Under the pieces are notes generated by a model, which saw only the letters and a list, made by a program, of their open reading frames with translations, did not search any database and was not told the DNA's origin. From NCBI GenBank assembly GCA_020851375.1, contig JADZCV010000044.1, forward strand, positions 192,285-256,284: 64,000 nt of DNA, read 5' to 3'. Both the position numbers and the translations under genes were made by a program. Source of the stretch: Nitrospirota bacterium (lineage in GTDB: Bacteria > Nitrospirota > 9FT-COMBO-42-15 > HDB-SIOI813). Below are positions 29,118-39,331 of this stretch, in pieces; the first letter of the stretch is position 1; each line of letters begins with the position of its first letter.

Positions 29118-31437
29118 AGAATATATCCTCTATCCGGTTGATGATCTTTTCCCAGTCATAGTTTTGCCTTATTAAATTTTTCGCCTTTTCAGAGACATTT
29201 CCACCGAGAGAATGATGATAAAGCACTTTCTCCAGGGCAGACTCTAATTCCCTGACATCATACCTGACCGTTACCCCTGCCCCTGATTCTCCGAGCCCGG
29301 GGATCTCACATTGTTCAGTGATCACAACCGGCGTCCCGCATGCAAGGGCTTCAAGGGCTGCAGTGGAGGTCTCCTCGTAATGAGAAGGGGCAAGACAGAA
29401 GACATCAGAATCCATATAGGCAGACACCTTGTCCTTATCATATAGCGGACCCGTAAATATGTACCTGTCCTCTCTGTCTTCCAGTTTTCTCTTTGCCGAG
29501 TCAAGATAGCCGTCGTCCCGTCCCACAATGACCAGTTTCAGATCAGGATGCCTGTCAGACAGGTTCCTGAAGGCCTGGATAAAGACCGGTGTAAATTTTA
29601 GGACATGGATGCGGCCAAGGAAGAGAATAATCTTGTCCTCCGGGGCTATGGCGTATTTTTCCCGGAAGGCCCCTTTGTTAATCTGAACATTTTCAAAATC
29701 ACTGTATTCTATCCCGAGGGGGACCCATTCAATGTTCTCTTTCTTTACCCCAAGCTTCATATATTCTCTTTTTTCGTTATCCGTCTGAGCGAAGACCTTC
29801 ACTGCATTTTTGAGGATATCGTAACCCCACAGCCTGTCATATATAAATTTCAAATACTTCTTGATCTTTCCCACGCGGGGAAGACTCCCATAGACAGAAA
29901 CAAAATAGGGGAGCCTGTATCTCCGGAATACTTTATAGGCAGCTGAAATCTGCATGGTTCTTAAATCAGAGATAAAACCTATATCGAATTGCCTTATCCT
30001 CTCCTCCAATGCCTTTTTCTGTCCCCTTGGCCAGAAGATTTTCTGGTTCCATGCCAGATAATTGCTGTAATTCCTTAAATAATGGACACGGATCCCCTCG
30101 ATAACACTAAAGGGCGTATCAATTCTTTTGTCCTTCTCAAAGGCATCTGTCGTGAAAACAGTTACAGAATGCCCTCTCTGGACCAGTTTCCTCGAAAACT
30201 CATACACAATCCTCGGAGGCCCTCCATAAGCCCATGACGGGGCATAATAGGCAATCACAATGGCCACGCTTAACCTTTGTGTCTTCTTTAACCCTGGTTT
30301 CCATCCGGCCATTACCCTCAAAAAAGAGACAGTGTCGAGCGCCGTATTTTCCCAACTGAATTCCTTTGCCCTTTTAAAACCCTCTTCAATCAAACCGAGG
30401 CGTTGGTTGTGGTTTTCAAGCACGGACAAGACCCCTTCGGCAATATTCTCAGGATCATAGGGGTCCACAAAAAGTGCCCCGTTTCCCGCAATCTCTTTTA
30501 TAGGCTCAATGCCTGAGCAGATGACCGGCACACCGCAGCCCATAGCCTCCAGAATGGGGATTCCAAACCCCTCATGCAGGGAAGGGAACACAAAGACATC
30601 CGAGGCACAATAGAGCAATGGTATGTCTTCAAAAGGAAGCCATCCGAGGAAGACAACGTTATCCTGTAACCCCAGGTTATTGATCTTTTCTGCGATCACA
30701 TCATATCCCTTGTCCCTTGCCCCGATCAGTACCAGCTTCATATCCTTCCATCTTTCCCTGATTTTTTTATACGCCAGAAGGAGCCTCTCATGATTTTTAT
30801 GCGGCAGGGAAGAGGCTGGGTACAGCATAAAACGTTCAGGGAGATGATATTTTTCTCTGATCCGCGCTACATCACTTTTATCCCGCGGCCTGAAGGTGTT
30901 GTGGTCAATTGCAAGATAGGTGACGGCAATTTTTTCAGGCAGGATCCTGTAATATTTCACAATATCCTGTCTGACCTTTTGGGAAATGGTAATGATCCCA
31001 TCAGCCGATTTGGCGCTTAGATAGATAATAGCCCTCAGAAACACCAGATAAGGTTTCGAAAAATTATCAGGCTGATTAATGTGCTGAAGATCAAAGATCA
31101 CAAGTACGGAGGTTACAGGACAGAAAAATGGGGCTGTCATACCTGCGGAGAGAAGGATGTCTATCCCGTAACGTTTTATCTGGAATGGCAATATAAATTG
31201 TTCCCACAATATCCTGGCGGGACGGCTTGCCGCACGAACCCGGCATGATACAATATTTATCCCCGTGGCAATCTGTTCAAAAACTCCCTGACTTTCCCGG
31301 TTGATAAAGATAAAATATTCATTGTCCCTGTCCTCGCTCACAAGCAGCCTGACAAGATTCCTGATGTAGACTTCACTCCCTCCGACTTTGCCTGGAAGCA
31401 GATAGAGTGCGTTTATTCCTATCCGCAAAGTCCACAC
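29104..31437 (-). CDS. bifunctional glycosyltransferase with two GT4 (group 1) modules
   Basis: 777 aa with two GT-B C-terminal signatures: HEGFGIPILEAMGCGVPVICS in the first half, and a second EETSTAALEALACGTPVVITE-type region near the C-terminus. Confidence 0.75.
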   Translation of the reverse strand: MWTLRIGINALYLLPGKVGGSEVYIRNLVRLLVSEDRDNEYFIFINRESQGVFEQIATGINIVSCRVRAASRPARILWEQFILPFQIKRYGIDILLSAGMTAPFFCPVTSVLVIFDLQHINQPDNFSKPYLVFLRAIIYLSAKSADGIITISQKVRQDIVKYYRILPEKIAVTYLAIDHNTFRPRDKSDVARIREKYHLPERFMLYPASSLPHKNHERLLLAYKKIRERWKDMKLVLIGARDKGYDVIAEKINNLGLQDNVVFLGWLPFEDIPLLYCASDVFVFPSLHEGFGIPILEAMGCGVPVICSGIEPIKEIAGNGALFVDPYDPENIAEGVLSVLENHNQRLGLIEEGFKRAKEFSWENTALDTVSFLRVMAGWKPGLKKTQRLSVAIVIAYYAPSWAYGGPPRIVYEFSRKLVQRGHSVTVFTTDAFEKDKRIDTPFSVIEGIRVHYLRNYSNYLAWNQKIFWPRGQKKALEERIRQFDIGFISDLRTMQISAAYKVFRRYRLPYFVSVYGSLPRVGKIKKYLKFIYDRLWGYDILKNAVKVFAQTDNEKREYMKLGVKKENIEWVPLGIEYSDFENVQINKGAFREKYAIAPEDKIILFLGRIHVLKFTPVFIQAFRNLSDRHPDLKLVIVGRDDGYLDSAKRKLEDREDRYIFTGPLYDKDKVSAYMDSDVFCLAPSHYEETSTAALEALACGTPVVITEQCEIPGLGESGAGVTVRYDVRELESALEKVLYHHSLGGNVSEKAKNLIRQNYDWEKIINRIEDIFYGAA

Positions 31438-31452
31438 CCCCGATTGACAACA

Positions 31453-32376
31453 TTAACAGGTTTCAATTCTCGCCCCCTTCTCCCTCCGCACGAAATCAAT
31501 GAAACCATGCACCATTCCCTGCAGCGGCCGGGCATTCCCTGCGGCCAGACACCTGAATCCGGATAACAGACCATACATGGCCAGGAAAATAATAGAGCGG
31601 GGATCGTAGCTGCGGAGAAAAGCAAAACCGTTCCGGGTCCAGTAATAGTACTGGGAAAAGGATCTTTGCCCGGCTGAGGCAGAGACCTTGTGCCATATGT
31701 GCGAGTCCGGCACAAAAAGCACTCTGTAATTATGCTCCGCTGCCCTCGCACACCATTCTACATCCTCCCAGTAAAGGAAGTAGCTCTCATCCATTAATCC
31801 GATGTCCTGAATGACCGCAGCACGAATCAGCATGCTGCACCCAGAAACTGATCCCATCTCACATATCCTGTCAAACTGGCCTTTGTCCAATTGCTGTGCG
31901 CCGCGATGGCGCAGCCGCAGCCGCCCCTTCTCCCATAGCCCTCCGGCAAACCAGATGCGGAGGGGATCGTCATAGTAGTAGATCTTGGAACCGGCAATGC
32001 CGGCTGATGCATCTCCCTCCATGGCTTCAACCAGCCTGGTCAAAGCCTCAGAGTCCGTCACAGCGTCATTGTTCAGGAGCCACACCAGATCCGCACCGCT
32101 GTTGAGCGCGTAACGGATCCCCACGTTGCATCCCCCGGCAAAACCGAGGTTTGAACCGCTCTGAATGACCTCCACGTCCGGAAGCTGCCTGCGAAGGCGC
32201 TCTTCAGAGCCGTTTGTTGAACCGTTATCCACCAGCACAATCCGGAAATTCGGCCAGGTCAGTCCCCGGCATGACTCAACGCATTGAAGTGTATCACGCC
32301 ATCCGTTCCAGTTAAGGATCACGATGCAGACGAAAGGAAACCGCACGTCTCTATTCATGGTATTCTTCAATGCCAC
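31453..32376 (-). CDS. GT2 glycosyltransferase
   Basis: FVCIVILNWNGWRDTLQCVESCRGLTWPNFRIVLVDNGSTNGSEE. Confidence 0.8.
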   Translation of the reverse strand: MALKNTMNRDVRFPFVCIVILNWNGWRDTLQCVESCRGLTWPNFRIVLVDNGSTNGSEERLRRQLPDVEVIQSGSNLGFAGGCNVGIRYALNSGADLVWLLNNDAVTDSEALTRLVEAMEGDASAGIAGSKIYYYDDPLRIWFAGGLWEKGRLRLRHRGAQQLDKGQFDRICEMGSVSGCSMLIRAAVIQDIGLMDESYFLYWEDVEWCARAAEHNYRVLFVPDSHIWHKVSASAGQRSFSQYYYWTRNGFAFLRSYDPRSIIFLAMYGLLSGFRCLAAGNARPLQGMVHGFIDFVRREKGARIETC

Positions 32377-33553
32377 CGGTGAGCCGCATAACGATCTCTC
32401 TCAACCTTTCATTAAACTCTTTCTCTCCCCATGAGGCCGCCCGCCTCTTCCCCCTCTCAGCAAGTTCCGTACACAAGCGGTCATCGGTCCATAGCCTCCG
32501 GATACAGTCTGCTATCTCCTCCACAGAATCGGGATTGAAGAGCAATGCCGCATCACCGGCCTGCTCCGGCATCCCGTAGATGCCGGATATAGCCACCGGA
32601 CAGCCGGCAACAAAGGCCTCCATGGGGGGTATGTTCGTAGGTCCATAGTAGGTCGGCATAACCAGCGCCCTGGCACGGCGGTATAATTCATGCATGTATT
32701 CATCCGGAACGTATCCTGGGAAAAAGACATCTTTGTCAAGACTAAGGCTGTGGATGAGACTGACAACCTCATCATAGGAATCGTAAGCGCCTGATTTCGT
32801 TCCGACCAGAACCAGTTTTATATCTGAAATCTCTTTTTTCAATAGCCCCATGGCCTTAATCAGATTACGGTGATTCTTATGCGCCCAGAATCGCGCCGGA
32901 TAAAAAATAAATTTACCGGGCAACCTGTAGCGGGAATCGAAATCAGCCGGGGTTTGCCCGCTTCGTATGTATCTGGGTGCCAGAAGTGGAAGAACGTAAA
33001 CAGGGCCTGCCGGTGCGCCATACGATTCAATCACCTGTTTGCGCCCGAGCTCAGATTCAACAAGGATGCCTTTTGCCCACCGGCAGATGTTTGTGTAAGT
33101 CCGTTCCCGGTTCAGGTATTCCCACCACGAGGCAGATTCCGGGAAACGCCTCTCATAACGGTGCATCAGATCCTGGATGCTGATAAGGGCCGGGACAGGG
33201 ATCTGGAAACCCCGCACATCCTGAGATGGGAATATCCACAGATCGCAATGCTCCCGAATGAGCGCCCTGGCCATGGGATGAAACAGGGGACAGAGCCTGC
33301 GCCATAAACCCATCGGCAGGCCGAGGAGAGTCCAGGCCAGGCCAAAGGCCCGGCCCCAGAAGCCGCGCGGTATCAAGACCGTTTTCAGATTGTACCCTGC
33401 CAGATAGTCCTGCCACAGATCCGACGTGAACCCGACCACCACAGAAAATCTGTCTGAGGGCAGCGCTGCCACAGCATCTATCATGACCTGATTGTACTGG
33501 AATGTGCCGCCTCCCGCCGGTTCGTATTCGAGAAAAAGCCCGATCTTCTTCAT
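32351..33553 (-). CDS. GT4 (group 1) glycosyltransferase
   Basis: C-terminal MPTYYGPTNIPPMEAFVAGCPVAISGIYGMPEQAGDAALLFNP. Confidence 0.75.
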   Translation of the reverse strand: MKKIGLFLEYEPAGGGTFQYNQVMIDAVAALPSDRFSVVVGFTSDLWQDYLAGYNLKTVLIPRGFWGRAFGLAWTLLGLPMGLWRRLCPLFHPMARALIREHCDLWIFPSQDVRGFQIPVPALISIQDLMHRYERRFPESASWWEYLNRERTYTNICRWAKGILVESELGRKQVIESYGAPAGPVYVLPLLAPRYIRSGQTPADFDSRYRLPGKFIFYPARFWAHKNHRNLIKAMGLLKKEISDIKLVLVGTKSGAYDSYDEVVSLIHSLSLDKDVFFPGYVPDEYMHELYRRARALVMPTYYGPTNIPPMEAFVAGCPVAISGIYGMPEQAGDAALLFNPDSVEEIADCIRRLWTDDRLCTELAERGKRRAASWGEKEFNERLREIVMRLTGGIEEYHE

Positions 33554-34686
33554 CCCTTCACCAATGCTGCCCTGAGATGAGTAACGATATAATCCAGCTC
33601 TTCATCAGTCAGATTGGGCGTGCTGGGGAGATAAAAGCCATTCATGGCCACAGCATTTGCCTTCGGACAATCATCAAAATGCGTCCACCCCTTCTGTATA
33701 AAAATGTCCTGCATATTATAAGGGATAAAACCTTCCCTGGTTTCAATGCCTTTTTCAAGCAGCCTTTTCATAATCACAGACCGCTGACCTGCAACATCAC
33801 CCTTTAAGACGACATGATACATCCAGTAAACATTACGGGCATAAGGTTTCTCAACAGGAAGCTGCAGCAGAGAACCCAGGTCCCTGAGCCTGTCCGTATA
33901 GAACGAGGCTATTCTCCTCTTGCCGCTGATAAAAGCCTCTATCTTTTCAAGCTGCGCACAACCGATAGCAGCCTGCAGATTGGTCATCCTGTAATTATAT
34001 CCGATATCCCGGTGCATGAACTTGTTGCTCTCACCGAACGCAAGTCCCCTGATCATACGGGCCCTCTCATAAACAGCACTGTCATTGGTCGTGATCATCC
34101 CGCCTTCTCCGGTCGTGATGATCTTGTTCGCATAAAAACTGAAACACCCGGCTGTGCCGAGGCTGCCGACCTTCCTCCCTTTATATGTCGCCCCATGCGC
34201 CTCAGCGCAATCCTCGAGGACCGGTAAATTATATTTACCAGCAATCTCTGTCACGGGGTCCATATCTGCCGGATGACCAAAGAGATGGACAACGATAATG
34301 GCCCTGGTCCTCGGTGTAATCCTGGATTCCAGCAGGGCTGGGTCAAGGTTCCATGTGTCCTCCTCGATATCAATGGGTATCGGGGTGGCGCCCTCATAAA
34401 TTACTGCAAAGAAGGTGGCCATGTTGGTTAATGTGGAGACAAGAACCTCATCCCCTTTTTTGAGGGACAGGGCAAGCAATGCCAGATGGAGCGCCGTTGT
34501 CCCGCTTGTTGTTGCAACGCCATGCCTGCAGTCCGAATAACCGGCAAAGCCTCTCTCGAATCTTGAAATGTATTCCCCGAAAAAACCTGAAATAGCGCCG
34601 TTAGCCAGTGCATCATTGACATAATTCGTCTCCGCTTCTCCCAATAGCGGCTGCGACACCGGGATATGTCTGCCTTTTACAGTCAT
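33550..34686 (-). CDS. DegT/DnrJ/EryC1/StrS-family PLP-dependent sugar aminotransferase
   Basis: HIPVSQPLLGEAE... ATTSGTTALHLAL... IVVHLFGHPADMD... LEDCAEAHGA. Confidence 0.85.
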   Translation of the reverse strand: MTVKGRHIPVSQPLLGEAETNYVNDALANGAISGFFGEYISRFERGFAGYSDCRHGVATTSGTTALHLALLALSLKKGDEVLVSTLTNMATFFAVIYEGATPIPIDIEEDTWNLDPALLESRITPRTRAIIVVHLFGHPADMDPVTEIAGKYNLPVLEDCAEAHGATYKGRKVGSLGTAGCFSFYANKIITTGEGGMITTNDSAVYERARMIRGLAFGESNKFMHRDIGYNYRMTNLQAAIGCAQLEKIEAFISGKRRIASFYTDRLRDLGSLLQLPVEKPYARNVYWMYHVVLKGDVAGQRSVIMKRLLEKGIETREGFIPYNMQDIFIQKGWTHFDDCPKANAVAMNGFYLPSTPNLTDEELDYIVTHLRAALVKG

Positions 34687-35057
34687 GCCAGCGGCTCCTC
34701 AATCCTGAAAGTATCGCTCTCATATTCCTTCCCCCCTCTGGGTCCTTTCGTAAGGACCAGCAGCTCCGAATATTCCAGCCCCACCAGGGCATGATGTTCT
34801 TCAGGAACTGTCAGCGCAAAATCACCCTTACCGAGGACCGTTTCTGTCTTGTCTTCACCTGGCATGCGGGTTACAAGTTTTACCCTGCCGGACATGACAT
34901 AGTTCCATTGAAATGTATTTTTATGATAATGATTCGCCCGGACAGCGCCTTTTTGAAAGGTAATCACGGTAACGGCATTAATCGCCTCGTTCTCGAGAAG
35001 GTCTGTGATTTTTCCCCTTTCATCATCAAATGAAACAGGCAGACTGATTTTTTTCAT
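34683..35057 (-). CDS. cupin-fold protein, likely NDP-4-keto-6-deoxyhexose 3,4-ketoisomerase (FdtA/QdtA/WxcM-like)
   Basis: 124 aa; HYHKNTFQWNYVMSGRVKL beta-barrel His pair; placed between an aminotransferase and a C-methyltransferase. Confidence 0.55.
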   Translation of the reverse strand: MKKISLPVSFDDERGKITDLLENEAINAVTVITFQKGAVRANHYHKNTFQWNYVMSGRVKLVTRMPGEDKTETVLGKGDFALTVPEEHHALVGLEYSELLVLTKGPRGGKEYESDTFRIEEPLA

Positions 35058-35081
35058 GGATACCCTCCCTGATTAATTTCT

Positions 35082-36308
35082 TCAGCCGGCAATCCTCGGC
35101 ATCGGGATTGGAATGATAAACTTTCCTCCGCCTTCCCTGAACTGTTGAAGATTTTTTATGATTTCATCAGCAAAATTCCAGGCCAGAAGCAATGCGTAAT
35201 CGGGCTTTTCTTCAAGCAGGTACGAGTCAGGCACGACAGGTATATGCATCCCCGGTGTAAATCTCCCTATTTTCAATTCAGATTTCTCACTGACCACATC
35301 CAGCAGCTCAGTGCCGATCTTGCAGTAATTCAACAGTGTCATTCCTTTTGCCGGCGCACTTACCCCCACAATCCTTTTACCTTCATGCTTCAGCGAATGG
35401 AGAAGCCAGGTCAGCTCCCTCTTATTCTTTCTTACTGCCTCCGCAAAATGATCCATGGTCTGATGGGAATAGAGGTTCATGGCCTCCTCTTCGCCTGACA
35501 ACTGCGCTATCACAGGAGAAACATGCTGCCGGGATTTCCTCCCGACATAGACACGGAAGGAACCTCCATGAATATCCACGAGCTCAATATCAAAAACCTC
35601 CATGTCGAACAGTTGAAAAAATCTTAACAGGGGCTTGACTGAAAAATAGGATAAATGCTCATGATAGATTGTATCGTATTCAAGCATCCGGATCAGATTC
35701 ACAAAATAAGGGGCCTCAAAAATAAAGACCCCGTCTTCTTTCAGGAGCATTAAAATATCCTTCATCAGGCGATAAAGGTCATCTATATGAGCGAATACGT
35801 TGGTTGCGGTTATGACAGATGCGGGTCCCTTTTCCCTGAGAATTTTCTCCGCTGTCTCATGGTTAAAGAAATCACAAATGGTATCAATACCCCTTTCATG
35901 GGCCAGCATAACGATGTTTGCAGCAGGATCCACACCCTGAATGAGCGTCCCCTGCGACTTGAACGCCCCAAGCAATACGCCGACATTACTGCCGATATCC
36001 ACAACCAGGTCCTCACCTGTGAGATTCAACCGTCTTACGACGGTCCTGGCAAAAACATTCCAGTGTTCCCGTCCTGTTATTGTCGTTGATGATTCATAGG
36101 GATAATCCATCCGGTAAAGCACTTCCGGAGAAACCACATGGCCTAACTGTGCCAGCCCGCAATCATCACACATGTAGACTTCGAGCGGATAGTGCGTCTC
36201 AGGCTCTTTCAATTGATCCTTTCTCCTGAACTGGTCTGCAGGGGGTGTAAACCCCAAATCAAGAAACCTGTAGAGGTTCTTGCTCTGGCACATCCGGCAT
36301 GTCAGCAT
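35082..36308 (-). CDS. NDP-sugar C-methyltransferase (TylCIII-like; Zn-ribbon + SAM MTase + C-MT C-terminal domain)
   Basis: N-terminal CRMCQSKNL...CDDCGLAQL 4-Cys zinc ribbon, central VVDIGSNVG SAM motif, about 100-aa C-terminal domain; 408 aa, typical of sugar C3-methyltransferases. Confidence 0.7.
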   Translation of the reverse strand: MLTCRMCQSKNLYRFLDLGFTPPADQFRRKDQLKEPETHYPLEVYMCDDCGLAQLGHVVSPEVLYRMDYPYESSTTITGREHWNVFARTVVRRLNLTGEDLVVDIGSNVGVLLGAFKSQGTLIQGVDPAANIVMLAHERGIDTICDFFNHETAEKILREKGPASVITATNVFAHIDDLYRLMKDILMLLKEDGVFIFEAPYFVNLIRMLEYDTIYHEHLSYFSVKPLLRFFQLFDMEVFDIELVDIHGGSFRVYVGRKSRQHVSPVIAQLSGEEEAMNLYSHQTMDHFAEAVRKNKRELTWLLHSLKHEGKRIVGVSAPAKGMTLLNYCKIGTELLDVVSEKSELKIGRFTPGMHIPVVPDSYLLEEKPDYALLLAWNFADEIIKNLQQFREGGGKFIIPIPMPRIAG

Positions 36309-37177
36309 ATCGTCTCCTTTTCAGAACGCATCCATGATGATTCTGGTTTTCTTAATCTGAATATAAAACCCTTGTGGACAGCCTCTCTTCCTTCCAGGTT
36401 AATTATCCCGTCATTTGAGTCAAAATCTTCTATCATGTCATACCGGTCTTTAAAATGTTTCAGAAACTTCTCCAGATTAAAAAACCAGGCAGGAAAACTT
36501 GCCTCATAATGGGCCGGCGGCACATTCTGTATCGTAATCCTGTCACGGGTGTTGTCAGTGAAAAAAAGGGTACGGTCTATAAGAATATATTCGAATGGAT
36601 ATCTGAATATTTCGCCGAGCATCCCGTAAGGATCTTCAAGATACTGCAGAACGCCTGAAAATATGATGACATTGGGTGACTGCGCTTCACAACAGGAGTC
36701 AATGTCATCATAAAATTTCAGTTGTTCGTCTTCAAAATATTTTCTCCCGCACTCAACAAAGTTCCTCTGTTCCACAATATTCCAGTGAAGTTCTTTAAGA
36801 TCCTGCAGAAATTTCCTGTTCTGGAAATAGGTCGTTCCGAGTGACCCGCCAAAATCAATGAGACTGAGCTTATTGCCGCCCTGTGAGGCGCACCACATCA
36901 GCGCCGTCAGCAATGGCCACGAATATTTAATCCTGTCAAAAAGCATGGAATCCGTTTCATGAACAGCCAGACCCTTTTTAACCTGCAGGAGCGAATCTCT
37001 TACCTTTCTCAGAATGACATCAGAGTCATAACCAGTAGAATGTTTTTTTGCATCCCCCCATGTGGCATAATTTCCCGAAAAAGGGGTACCGCAATACAGT
37101 GGGCGCAGGAGGAGCGGGAGCACAGGAGGGGTCAATAATTTTATCATCTTTTTTATTTTATACTGCCTGTCCTGCAT
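36302..37177 (-). CDS. putative methyltransferase, TIGR04325-like family common in LPS clusters
   Basis: PFSGNYATWGDAKKHSTGYDSDVILRKV... LIDFGGSLGTTYF; 291 aa. Confidence 0.55.
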   Translation of the reverse strand: MQDRQYKIKKMIKLLTPPVLPLLLRPLYCGTPFSGNYATWGDAKKHSTGYDSDVILRKVRDSLLQVKKGLAVHETDSMLFDRIKYSWPLLTALMWCASQGGNKLSLIDFGGSLGTTYFQNRKFLQDLKELHWNIVEQRNFVECGRKYFEDEQLKFYDDIDSCCEAQSPNVIIFSGVLQYLEDPYGMLGEIFRYPFEYILIDRTLFFTDNTRDRITIQNVPPAHYEASFPAWFFNLEKFLKHFKDRYDMIEDFDSNDGIINLEGREAVHKGFIFRLRKPESSWMRSEKETIC

Positions 37178-38468
37178 GTTCCAGACCCTGATATTTCCTT
37201 ATGTACACTGTAACGATCGTATACTCCGTTATCAGATAGACCAAATGCGTCAAAAAGGAAGACGCCGCAGCGCCGTAAATACCGTATCCCGGCACCAGCC
37301 ACAGATTCAGTAAAATACAGATTCCCCCTATAAAAAAGCCGACGGTCGGAATAAGATAAGTCTTTTCAAAGTAAATAAGGTAATTGCTGTAGAGCGGCAC
37401 AATGGAACTGAGTATCTGAGTCAGTAATACAATGGGAAGCACCCTCATGACGGATCGGTATTCTGAACTAATGATGCCGAAACTCAGCAGAAGTTCTACA
37501 GCGAACAAGGTAACCAGGGAAATCCCGATCAGAAAGCAGGCGAGGTAGACGATCAGTTTTCTTGTTTTTATGATATTCATCGAGATGTCATTTTCCTTGA
37601 AAAAGAGGGGTTGCCATACATTCTGGACTGTCATGAATATAATAGGTATGACGGCTGAGAGAGAAAATGCCAGATAATAGATGGATAAATCAATAAAGTT
37701 CCCGTACCGTTCCAGAAAGAATTTATCTCCGGAGTTGATGATGATACCCACAATAGCAGCAAGCATCATGGGAAATCCCAGTTTTACAGACCTTACAGCC
37801 TGGCTCAGGTTGAACCTCAGGAACATGCTTTTCAGATACGGATAGCTGAAAATCAGAATAACAAGCCCTTCGATCAGGAAGGAGTACTTAAGCCTGACCA
37901 TAACACTGTCAACAGGCATCATATAAAGCAGAATAATAACTACCCCATGGACAAGGATCAGTTTCAGAAAACCGAATTTCCGGACCAGACTGATCTTTTC
38001 ACTGGTCAGGAAATAATTGATAAGGATTAATGAATAAACAGAAACAATGACCGCGAGTAAGACAGCAGGTCTGTAACTTTCATAATCAATTTCATTCTTG
38101 AAAAGCAGGGAGATAAGCCTGTAATCTAATTTCAGAAAATAAAGAATGAATAAGACTCCGGATAAGAAAAGAAGCTGGATCATGTTCAGTGTAAAGAGGA
38201 AGGTTCCCCGTTCTTCATCGTCTTTGTAGGCATGATACAGTTTGCTTTGGGCAACTGATAATCCATAGTTGAGAATGAGAGAGACCGTGGTGATAATTGT
38301 CAGAAGATAGTTGAATAGTCCGAACTCCGCCTGAGTCATCAGCTTCAGATAAACCGGGAGCAGCAGGACACCGGACGCACTCACCAGGCCGTCAATGCTG
38401 AATAACTTAACGAATCTGTCAACAAGGATGTTCTCTTTATATTTTTTTATATGTCTTGCTGCCTGCAT
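37158..38468 (-). CDS. wzx: Wzx-type polysaccharide biosynthesis / oligosaccharide flippase (MOP superfamily)
   Basis: 436 aa, about 12 TM segments, low-complexity hydrophobic sequence typical of O-unit flippases. Confidence 0.65.
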   Translation of the reverse strand: MQAARHIKKYKENILVDRFVKLFSIDGLVSASGVLLLPVYLKLMTQAEFGLFNYLLTIITTVSLILNYGLSVAQSKLYHAYKDDEERGTFLFTLNMIQLLFLSGVLFILYFLKLDYRLISLLFKNEIDYESYRPAVLLAVIVSVYSLILINYFLTSEKISLVRKFGFLKLILVHGVVIILLYMMPVDSVMVRLKYSFLIEGLVILIFSYPYLKSMFLRFNLSQAVRSVKLGFPMMLAAIVGIIINSGDKFFLERYGNFIDLSIYYLAFSLSAVIPIIFMTVQNVWQPLFFKENDISMNIIKTRKLIVYLACFLIGISLVTLFAVELLLSFGIISSEYRSVMRVLPIVLLTQILSSIVPLYSNYLIYFEKTYLIPTVGFFIGGICILLNLWLVPGYGIYGAAASSFLTHLVYLITEYTIVTVYIRKYQGLEHAGQAV

Positions 38469-38493
38469 CCCATGCCTTATCTTTTTCTCTGCC

Positions 38494-39318
38494 TTATCCT
38501 TTCAACAGAGAAGCCTGTTTCCCTGCTATGACAGCCATATTCCAGTCATGTTCTGTCAGAGGTTTATTCAATTCCGGAAAGGGACACAATTCCAGAACCC
38601 TGAATCCGGCTGTTTCCAGATAATATCTGATCTCCTGTGGAAAGAGATAGCGCAGAAGATGGGATTCCTGTGTCTCGCCCACCAGCCTGTCTCCCTCAAT
38701 TCTCAGGACCCTGAACCGGGTCTCTACAGTATGAGACAGGGGATCAAGCACAGGTTCCGAAAACCGGATAATCCGCTTCTCTCCTCTATTACCGCCCCCC
38801 TTGCCCTTATGCATCACTATTTCCTTCATCCTCATCCCAGGCCTCTCTGTCAGAACCGCATTGCCGTGCCAGCAATCAAATATGAACAACCCGCCGGAGA
38901 CCAGATGGCTTGCTGCCACGCCACATGCGGCAGCTATTGAGGCATTTGTAGTTTGATAACCCATCACGGCAAACATGGAGATTACAGCATCAAATTTCCG
39001 GCGCAGACGGATGCCGGTAATATCTCCCTGATAAAATTCAGCGGAAGATTTCTTTTTGTTTCCCTTTGCCTCTTCCTTCGCCTTTCTCCTGGCTATCCGG
39101 ATCATCTCACGCGACCGGTCAATTCCGACGACCTGATACCCGCGGCGGCTGAGGATAAGGGCGTGCCCTCCTGTGCCGCAGCCCAGATCAAGGATAGTCT
39201 TTACCCGGCATCCGTTTTTTTTAAATGCCGCCTCAATAAAATCGCACTCCCTCTCATAATCCTTATCCTGATAGAAGGCATCGTAGAACCGGGCATACCC
39301 TTTTTTAAAGACTGTCAT
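38494..39318 (-). CDS. class I SAM-dependent methyltransferase
   Basis: ILDLGCGTGGHALIL motif I and FDAVISMF. Confidence 0.8.
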   Translation of the reverse strand: MTVFKKGYARFYDAFYQDKDYERECDFIEAAFKKNGCRVKTILDLGCGTGGHALILSRRGYQVVGIDRSREMIRIARRKAKEEAKGNKKKSSAEFYQGDITGIRLRRKFDAVISMFAVMGYQTTNASIAAACGVAASHLVSGGLFIFDCWHGNAVLTERPGMRMKEIVMHKGKGGGNRGEKRIIRFSEPVLDPLSHTVETRFRVLRIEGDRLVGETQESHLLRYLFPQEIRYYLETAGFRVLELCPFPELNKPLTEHDWNMAVIAGKQASLLKG

Positions 39319-39331
39319 CTTGTATCCTTAT

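Noticed and set aside
31419-31751. 110-aa minus-strand ORF overlapping the GT2 gene in another frame
   Set aside because: Out-of-frame overlap with a gene that has clear GT2 motifs; Cys/Arg-rich low-complexity translation.
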